A DNA stretch of 64,000 nt, taken from assembly GCA_046299555.1 (NCBI GenBank), contig JBKBHS010000004.1:120959-184958 (forward strand), in the 5' to 3' direction. This document shows, in pieces, positions 23,450 to 30,074 of this stretch. Origin of the DNA: Bacteroidia bacterium (lineage in GTDB: Bacteria > Bacteroidota > Bacteroidia > JACCXN01). The position numbers and the translations under genes were made by a program. Below the pieces are notes generated by a model. The model was not told the DNA's origin. It saw only the letters and a program-made list of their open reading frames with translations, and did not search any database. Every line of letters begins with the position of its first letter. Position 1 is the first letter of the stretch.

Positions 23450-25237
23450 ATGGAAAACTTTGTAGTATCGGCCCGTAAATATCGTCCTGCCACATTCGAT
23501 ACCGTTGTGGGGCAAGAAGCTATTACTACAACCTTAAAAAATGCCATAAAAAATAATCATTTAGCGCAAGCTTTTTTATTTTGTGGACCGCGAGGGGTAG
23601 GTAAAACAACCTGTGCGCGTATTTTAGCAAAAACCATCAATTGCTTTAACATTACTGATAATATAGAAGCATGCGACCAATGCGAATCTTGTGTTTCTTT
23701 TAGAGAGGGACAATCTTTAAACATCTATGAGCTGGATGCGGCTTCCAATAACTCGGTTGATGATATCCGAAATTTGATTGATCAGGTTCGAATTGCACCA
23801 CAATTAGGCACTAAAAAAGTGTATATTATTGATGAGGTGCATATGCTATCAACCGCAGCTTTTAATGCATTTTTGAAAACTCTCGAAGAACCGCCCAAGC
23901 ATGCTATTTTTATTTTAGCAACAACCGAAAAACACAAGATTTTACCTACCATTCTTTCGCGCTGTCAAATATTCGATTTTCAACGAATAAAAGCCGAAGA
24001 TATTGCCAATCACTTAGCTGCTATTGCACAAAAAGAAGGCTATGAAGCAGAGCCTGATGGTTTGTACCTCATTGCACAAAAAGCCGATGGAGGTTTACGC
24101 GATGCCCTTTCAATGTTTGACCAAATAATTAGCTATGCAGGTAAAATCAGCTATCAGGCGGTAATTGAAAATCTGAATATTTTAGATTACGATTATTACT
24201 TCAAAGTAATTGATTCGGTTAGTAAACGTGATATTCCCGCATTGCTTATCTTATTTAATGAAATTTTGGCAAAAGGATTTGACGGCCATAATTTTTTAAA
24301 TGGTTTAATGGCGCATATCAGAAATTTGTTGGTATGTAAAGATGTTCAAACATTGATTTTGCTCGATGTAGGAAATAATATAAAAGAAAAATATAAGCAA
24401 CAGTCGGCAGCTATTGCTGTTCCGGTGCTTGTTGAGATGCTGAATATTATCAATAAGTTTGAATTGAATTATAAAAGCAGCAAAAATCAACGCCTGCTGG
24501 TAGAGCTTTGTTTAATTCAGCTTTGTAACATAGGTGTTCCACCTGTAACTTCTGCTCCGGCAGAAGAAAAAAAAAATGACATAAGTCAAACTGCTCCACA
24601 TGCAGTTGCCACAAATACTAAAGTTTCTACAACTAATACATCGTCAACAATTGTAAATGTTTCGCAACAAGAAACTAATAAAGTACAAACTACCAATACT
24701 TTAAAAAGCGATACTAAGGAAACTCAAGATACTAAAGTAACATCAATAAATAGCTTTAAAAGTATAAAAGGGGTAAATAATTTTTCATTAAGCGAAATAC
24801 AAAAATCAGAAGTACAAACGCAAGACAAAAAAGATGAAGATAAATTATTAAATACCTCAGGGCCGGCTACGCCATTTACAGTTGATGAATTATCAAAATT
24901 TATTTTAGAATACGCAAATAGCGATAAAGTAACAGGAAAAAAATCGCTCGAATTAGCATTAAAATTTAAAAAGCCTCATTTAAATGAAGATTTTTCTGTT
25001 GTTATTACAGTAGAAAACGAAGTACAGCGAAATGCTTTACGTGCCGATTTAACAGAATTTACCTTGTTTTTAAGAGAAAAACTAAACAATTACAAAATTG
25101 TAACATCCATTGAAGTTGCTGAGGGAGATACTACCAAAAAAAGCTATACACCACGAGAGCGTTTTCAAAAAATGGCAGAAAAAAATCCTAACTTAATTAC
25201 CCTCTATAATAAGCTCGATTTGGATTTGGAGTTTTAG
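23450..25237 (+). CDS. dnaX: DNA polymerase III subunit gamma/tau (595 aa from ATG 23450)
   Basis: MENFVVSARKYRP, GPRGVGKTT, Zn-binding Cys cluster, DEVHML, SRC motif. Confidence 0.97.
   Translation: MENFVVSARKYRPATFDTVVGQEAITTTLKNAIKNNHLAQAFLFCGPRGVGKTTCARILAKTINCFNITDNIEACDQCESCVSFREGQSLNIYELDAASNNSVDDIRNLIDQVRIAPQLGTKKVYIIDEVHMLSTAAFNAFLKTLEEPPKHAIFILATTEKHKILPTILSRCQIFDFQRIKAEDIANHLAAIAQKEGYEAEPDGLYLIAQKADGGLRDALSMFDQIISYAGKISYQAVIENLNILDYDYYFKVIDSVSKRDIPALLILFNEILAKGFDGHNFLNGLMAHIRNLLVCKDVQTLILLDVGNNIKEKYKQQSAAIAVPVLVEMLNIINKFELNYKSSKNQRLLVELCLIQLCNIGVPPVTSAPAEEKKNDISQTAPHAVATNTKVSTTNTSSTIVNVSQQETNKVQTTNTLKSDTKETQDTKVTSINSFKSIKGVNNFSLSEIQKSEVQTQDKKDEDKLLNTSGPATPFTVDELSKFILEYANSDKVTGKKSLELALKFKKPHLNEDFSVVITVENEVQRNALRADLTEFTLFLREKLNNYKIVTSIEVAEGDTTKKSYTPRERFQKMAEKNPNLITLYNKLDLDLEF
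24567..24579 (+). other. Putative programmed slippage/frameshift site in dnaX (A10 followed by TGA)
   Basis: GAA AAA AAA AAT GAC ATA A; both alternative frames stop within a few codons. Confidence 0.7.
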
Positions 25238-25351
25238 TAAATTTTAGATTAATTTCAATCCCAATTAATTTTTATCTTTTCATTGTTTTGTTCTTAGGCG
25301 TTAAATAACATACTGCCTGTTATTGGCAAAAAATAAAATAAAGGTTAAAAT

Positions 25352-25422
25352 ACCTTCCTTCTCGAGAGGGGTTGGGGGTGTGTAAAAATCTCCCTCCTTG
25401 AGGAGGGATTAAGGGAGGTGTA
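25352..25422. repeat. Pair of REP-like GC-rich palindromes with G-rich tails
   Basis: CCTTCTCGAGAGGGG-TTGGGGGTGTG and TCCCTCCT-TG-AGGAGGGA-TTAAGGGAGGTG. Confidence 0.65.
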
Positions 25423-25495
25423 ACCATTTAATAAATAACTCCTGCCATTTACACATTAAGTAATTAAAGCATCCCATATTTTTACTAAATTAGCT

Positions 25496-25540
25496 AAGAT
25501 CAAACTAAAACAAACCGAAAAGTTTGTAATACTTAAATAG
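25496..25540 (+). pseudogene. Remnant 3' tip of a probable T9SS type-A cargo gene
   Basis: KIKLKQTEKFVILK* with no start codon; resembles the terminal strand of a type-A CTD; stop 7 nt before the next gene. Confidence 0.45.
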
Positions 25541-25547
25541 CGTATTT

Positions 25548-26585
25548 GTGTGGTGGAAAAATATAAATAGGCTGCTGGTATTATTGCTATGTGTTTTTAA
25601 TGAGGTATTTGCGCAGCAAAACCTCATTAAAAACCATAGTTTTGAAGAGCATACTGGGGATTGTGGCGCATCTATTTTTTTTGACAATATTGTCCCTTAT
25701 TGGTATTCGCCAGGAGGAGGCACCCCTGATTACTTTAATCAGTGTTATATGCCAGGTGGACTTGGAATACCTAGTAATGGTTTTGGTTTCCAATATGCAA
25801 ATGAAGGGAATGCATATGTAGGTATAAGATTAGGTCAAACACCTCCTGCTCCTGCGACTCAGGGTTTTTATGAATATATAAGCCAAAATTTTGGGAGTAC
25901 TTTAAAAGCAGGTAAAAAATATTGCGTTTTTTTTTATGCTTCTTTAGCTGATTTAGCCCATCTATCTGCTATAAATAGAATTGGGATGGTTATAAGTAGT
26001 AATGGTTTGGTTCAGAACAATATTGACCCAATTGTTATAAAACCACAAATTTATTACGATACTTTAAGTTTATTAAGCGATACCCTCAATTGGGTAAAAA
26101 TAGAGGGAGAGTTTGTTGCAAATGGCAATGAGCAATATGTAACCATAGGCAATTTTTATCCTGTAAGCCAAACTACTTATGCAGATAGTGTAATACGCGC
26201 CCCTTATTACTATATAGACAACGTATGGCTCTATGAGTGCGAAGAAGATACAGTACCCCTTGAGCCGCCCCCAGCCAGCGATAGCTCGCTGCATTACAAA
26301 TTACCCAATGTAATAAGCCCCAATGCCGATGGTTTAAACGATGCCTTTGTGTTAGAGAGCAGAGGGGTAAGAGAGGTGGGTATTACACTGTATAACAGGT
26401 GGGGCGAGGAAGTGCATAGGCATAAGGTATCAGGCATAAGTACAGATGTGCTTACCAAAACTATTTTATGGGATGCTACGCATAACAACAAACCTGCCCC
26501 GCAAGGTGTGTATTATTACATTATAGAACTAAGCACCAAAACAGGCGAGGTAATAATAGAGAAGGGTACGGTAATGGTACTATAA
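25548..26585 (+). CDS. Secreted protein with T9SS type-B (gliding motility-associated, CHU_C-like) C-terminal domain, copy 1
   Basis: Signal peptide ending VFA-QQ; NHSFEE...TPDYFN beta-sandwich-like domain; PNVISPNADGLND...YNRWGE...WD...GVYYYII tail. Confidence 0.88.
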   Translation: MWWKNINRLLVLLLCVFNEVFAQQNLIKNHSFEEHTGDCGASIFFDNIVPYWYSPGGGTPDYFNQCYMPGGLGIPSNGFGFQYANEGNAYVGIRLGQTPPAPATQGFYEYISQNFGSTLKAGKKYCVFFYASLADLAHLSAINRIGMVISSNGLVQNNIDPIVIKPQIYYDTLSLLSDTLNWVKIEGEFVANGNEQYVTIGNFYPVSQTTYADSVIRAPYYYIDNVWLYECEEDTVPLEPPPASDSSLHYKLPNVISPNADGLNDAFVLESRGVREVGITLYNRWGEEVHRHKVSGISTDVLTKTILWDATHNNKPAPQGVYYYIIELSTKTGEVIIEKGTVMVL

Positions 26586-26655
26586 CCCCCTTCTAATTCC
26601 CCCTCAGGGGGAAGGATTAGCCTCTCCCGATTTATTAGAAAATTAAGTGAGGTGT
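26585..26655. repeat. REP-like palindromic junction element
   Basis: TTCCCCCT-C-AGGGGGAA hairpin, then CCTCTCCCGATTTATTAGAAAATTAAGTGAGGTG. Confidence 0.65.
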
Positions 26656-26729
26656 TACCATTTAATAACTAACTCCTGCCGTTTACACATTAAGTAATTA
26701 AAGCATCCCATATTTTTACTAAATTAGCT

Positions 26730-26774
26730 AAGATCAAACTAAAACAAACCGAAAAGTTTGTAATACTTAAATAA
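26730..26774 (+). pseudogene. Remnant 3' tip of a probable T9SS type-A cargo gene (duplicate of 25496-25540)
   Basis: Same KIKLKQTEKFVILK* peptide, TAA stop. Confidence 0.45.
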
Positions 26775-26781
26775 CGTATTT

Positions 26782-27804
26782 GTGTGGTGGAAAAATATAA
26801 ATAGGCTGCTGGTATTATTGCTATGTATTTTAAATGAGGTATTTGCGCAGCAAAACCTCATTAAAAACCATAGTTTTGAGGAATATAAGTCAGACTGTAA
26901 TTTTGTCTCATATTTAGATGTAGTTATTTGGACAACGCCTGGTGGCGGAACCCCTGATTATTTTAATTTTTGTAACACTATTGGTTTTTCAGTTCCAACA
27001 AATTTATTTGGCTTTCAATATGCAAATGAAGGGAATGCATATGTAGGTATAAGATTAGGCCAAACACCTCCTTCGCCTCAGGGTTTTTATGAATATATAA
27101 GCCAAAATTTTGGGAGTACTTTAAAAGCAGGTAAAAAATACTGCGTTTTTTTTTATGCTTCTTTAGCTGATTTAGCCCATCTATCTGCTATAAATAGAAT
27201 AGGGATGGTTATAAGTAGTAATGGTTTGGTTCAGAACAATATAGACCCAATTGTTATAAAACCACAAATTTATTACGATACTTTAAGTTTATTAAGCGAT
27301 ACCTTAAATTGGGTAAAAATAGAGGGAGAGTTTATTGCAAATGGCAATGAGCAATATGTAACCATAGGTAATTTTTATCCTGTAAGCCAAACTACTTATG
27401 CAGATAGTGTAATACGCGCCCCTTATTACTATATAGATAACGTATGGCTCTATGAGTGCGAAGAAGATACAGTACCCCTTGAGCCACCCCCAGCCGGGGA
27501 TAGCTCCTTGCATTACAAAATACCCAATGTAGTAAGCCCCAATGCCGATGGTTTAAACGATGCCTTTGTGTTAGAGAGCAGAGGGGTAAAAGAGGTGAGT
27601 GTAACGTTATATAACAGGTGGGGCGAGGAAGTCCACAGACATAAGGTATCAGGCATAAGTACAGATGTGCTTACCAAAACTATTTTATGGGATGCTACAC
27701 ACAAGAATAAACCTGCCCCGCAAGGTGTGTATTATTACATTATAGAGCTAAGCACCAAAACAGGTGAGGTAATAATAGAAAAAGGCATGGTAACGGTACT
27801 ATAA
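26782..27804 (+). CDS. Secreted protein with T9SS type-B C-terminal domain, copy 2
   Basis: Nearly identical to copy 1 except about 26880-27015 and patches of the CTD. Confidence 0.88.
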   Translation: MWWKNINRLLVLLLCILNEVFAQQNLIKNHSFEEYKSDCNFVSYLDVVIWTTPGGGTPDYFNFCNTIGFSVPTNLFGFQYANEGNAYVGIRLGQTPPSPQGFYEYISQNFGSTLKAGKKYCVFFYASLADLAHLSAINRIGMVISSNGLVQNNIDPIVIKPQIYYDTLSLLSDTLNWVKIEGEFIANGNEQYVTIGNFYPVSQTTYADSVIRAPYYYIDNVWLYECEEDTVPLEPPPAGDSSLHYKIPNVVSPNADGLNDAFVLESRGVKEVSVTLYNRWGEEVHRHKVSGISTDVLTKTILWDATHKNKPAPQGVYYYIIELSTKTGEVIIEKGMVTVL

Positions 27805-27875
27805 CCCCCTTCTAACTTCCCCCTCAGGGAGAAGGAATTGCCTCTCCCGATTTATTAGAAAATTAAGGGAGGTGT
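27804..27875. repeat. REP-like palindromic junction element
   Basis: CTTCCCCCT-C-AGGGAGAAG, then CCTCTCCCGATTTATTAGAAAATTAAGGGAGGTG. Confidence 0.65.
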
Positions 27876-27955
27876 TACCATTTAATAAATAACTCCTGCC
27901 GTTTACACATTAAGCAATAAAAGAATCTAAATTTTTTCTAAATTAGCTTAACTGA

Positions 27956-28114
27956 AATTATACATTAGGAGTACACGTTAAAACTATTGCTATAAACAAT
28001 ACAGAAGGCCTAATAGAAATAAACGAAAAGCAATGGGAAAGCGGAGTGTATTTTATGCGCATAATAGTAGAAGGCATAGAACAGCATAGCGCTAAGTTTA
28101 TATTAATTAAGTAA
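27956..28114 (+). pseudogene. Truncated T9SS type-A C-terminal sorting domain (orphan gene tail)
   Basis: NYTLGVHVKTIAINNTEGLIEINEKQWESGVYFMRIIVEGIEQHSAKFILIK*; in-frame TGA immediately upstream; GVYF and K-rich terminal strand match the CTDs of the two S8 proteases in this window. Confidence 0.75.
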
Positions 28115-28123
28115 AGCAAATAT

Positions 28124-29209
28124 ATGCGCTTGCATGGACTTATAATAAGTGTTGTTATGGTATATAGCCTATTGGTTAATGCACAAAACAATTTGGTGCA
28201 TAATCCAAGTTTTGAGGAATATACCGGCAATTGTGTGTTTATAGACTATAACTCTTTAACCCATTGGTATAACCCTGATTGTTTTGGTACTCCGGAATAT
28301 ATGCACGAATGTTTGGATTATCCCAATACAACCTCAGCAGGTGTTCCTGAAAACATTAGAGGCTACCAATGGGCCAAAGAAGGGAAGGCATATGTTCTAA
28401 TTAGTTGGGACAACAATTTATCTAGCTATGACGGCTTTAGAGAGTATTTAGCACAAAGGCTTAAAGCGCCCTTGCAGGCAGGTAAGGAATACTGTGTAAG
28501 TTTTTATGCTAGTTTAAGTGACTATGCGGCAAAGTTTGTTTATGGTGGCAGCAATGCCTTAGGCTTAATTTTATCAAAAGACAGCATTTATGCCGATTCT
28601 ATTTATTATTTTAATAGTTCATGGTGGTTGTGGAGTTGTAATAATATATATGGCACACCTGTAATAGGCGATAGCACAAAAATATTAGACGATACGCTCA
28701 ATTGGGTAAAAATAGAGGGCAAGTATATTGCCAAAGGCGGAGAGGAGTTTTTAGCAATTGGTAATTTTTATCCCAATAGTCAAACTCGATTTGAACGATA
28801 TGATTTTGATGGTTATGGTTCAACCGCCTATTTTATAGATATGGTAGAGCTTTTTTTGTGCGAAGATACGGTGCAAAAGCCCCTTGAGCCACCCCCAGCA
28901 AGCGATAGCTCGCTGCATTACAAACTACCCAATGTAATAAGCCCCAATGCAGATGGTTTAAACGATGCCTTTATGTTAGAGAGCAGAGGGGTAAAAGAGG
29001 TGAGTGTAACGTTATATAACAGGTGGGGCGAGGAAGTCCACAGGCATAAGATATCAGGCATAAGTACGGATGTTTTAAGCAAAACACAATTATGGGATGC
29101 TACACACAAGAATAAACCTGCCCCGCAAGGCGTATATTATTACATAATTGAGCTAAGCACCAAAACAGGCGAGGTAATAATAGAAAAAGGCACGTTAACG
29201 GTGTTGTAA
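28124..29209 (+). CDS. Secreted protein with T9SS type-B C-terminal domain, copy 3 (divergent N-terminal domain)
   Basis: Signal peptide VNA-QNNLVHNPSFEE; homologous but diverged N-domain; near-identical to copies 1 and 2 from PLEPPPA (28880) onward. Confidence 0.88.
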   Translation: MRLHGLIISVVMVYSLLVNAQNNLVHNPSFEEYTGNCVFIDYNSLTHWYNPDCFGTPEYMHECLDYPNTTSAGVPENIRGYQWAKEGKAYVLISWDNNLSSYDGFREYLAQRLKAPLQAGKEYCVSFYASLSDYAAKFVYGGSNALGLILSKDSIYADSIYYFNSSWWLWSCNNIYGTPVIGDSTKILDDTLNWVKIEGKYIAKGGEEFLAIGNFYPNSQTRFERYDFDGYGSTAYFIDMVELFLCEDTVQKPLEPPPASDSSLHYKLPNVISPNADGLNDAFMLESRGVKEVSVTLYNRWGEEVHRHKISGISTDVLSKTQLWDATHKNKPAPQGVYYYIIELSTKTGEVIIEKGTLTVL

Positions 29210-29227
29210 GCACCCTTAAAATTCAAC

Positions 29228-29280
29228 TTCCCTCTCGAGAGAGCTTGTCCCGATTTATTGGAAGAGTAAGGGAGGAGTTA
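29228..29280. repeat. Degenerate REP-like junction element closing the array
   Basis: CTCTCGAGAG palindrome, TCCCGATTTATTGGAA, TAAGGGAGGAGTTA. Confidence 0.55.
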
Positions 29281-29318
29281 AAACTTTAATTAGGAAAGAT
29301 AAAAGAAAGAATAATTTC

Positions 29319-30074
29319 TTATTCCTTTTCAAAATATTTCAACTCCACATTTTTTCCATCAAATACCGCATAGGAATTATATTTTACCCATTCGCCTAAG
29401 TTAATGTAGCGAGCGCCTTTATCTAACGATATATCCAATGGCAAATGACGATGTCCGAAAATAAAATAATCAACCGGAGGATTTTTTAAAAGGTATTCTT
29501 TGCAAAACTGTATCAGCCATTCTTCGTTTTCGCCTAAAAATATTTCGTCTGCTTCAGCATTGGCCATTCTGCTTTTTCGGCTGAAATAATTAGCCAGTCC
29601 TATGCCAAAATTGGGATGCAATCGTGCAAATAACCATTGGCAAAAGGGATTGGCAAAAATTTTTTTAATCAACTTATATCCTTTATCACCGGGGCCTAAT
29701 CCATCGCCATGCCCCAAAAAAAATTTTTTGCCGTCAATTTCTTTTAATATCGGTTCTTTGTACAATTTCACTCCCAACTCTTCCTGAAAATAAGTAAAGC
29801 TCCACATATCATGATTGCCGGTAAAGAGATGAATGGGGATTCCCGAATCAGCCAAATGCGCTATGGTGCCAAGCAGGCGTGTATATCCTTTGGGAACAAC
29901 AGTTTTATATTCAAACCAAAAATCAAATACATCGCCCATGATGTAAATTTCTTTGGCATCATCTTTAATTTGATTTAAAAAACGAACAATGCGTTTTTCG
30001 CGTTCCAAACTTTTTTCGCGTGTGGGAACACCTAAATGAAAATCAGAAAGAAAATATATATTGCTTCTTATCAG
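29319..30074 (-). CDS. UDP-2,3-diacylglucosamine hydrolase (LpxH-like metallophosphoesterase), non-canonical start
   Basis: YFLSDFHLG lies upstream of the ORF-track start; GDVFDFW, GNHD, GHGDG, GHRH motifs. Confidence 0.88.
   Translation of the reverse strand: MIRSNIYFLSDFHLGVPTREKSLEREKRIVRFLNQIKDDAKEIYIMGDVFDFWFEYKTVVPKGYTRLLGTIAHLADSGIPIHLFTGNHDMWSFTYFQEELGVKLYKEPILKEIDGKKFFLGHGDGLGPGDKGYKLIKKIFANPFCQWLFARLHPNFGIGLANYFSRKSRMANAEADEIFLGENEEWLIQFCKEYLLKNPPVDYFIFGHRHLPLDISLDKGARYINLGEWVKYNSYAVFDGKNVELKYFEKE

Larger units (their letters stand above)
25408..27948 (+). repeat. Tandem direct repeat units of about 1.23 kb (starts 25408, 26642, 27862), each opening with an ~88-nt shared leader
   Basis: ATTAAG(G/T)GAGGTGT(A/T)ACCATTTAATAA...ACTCCTGCC(A/G)TTTACACATTAAG...CTAAATTAGCT occurs three times. 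Confidence 0.9.

Noticed and set aside
27958-28230. 90-aa minus-strand ORF between copies 2 and 3
   Set aside because: Antisense to the type-A CTD remnant and the start of copy 3; the + strand reading has recognizable motifs
25548-29209. Diversity-generating retroelement acting on the repeated genes
   Set aside because: No reverse transcriptase in the window; differences include indels and are not adenine-specific; the variable region is N-terminal
25352-29280. Integron cassette array with attC sites
   Set aside because: No IntI nearby and the palindromes lack recognizable RYYYAAC/GTTRRRY box architecture
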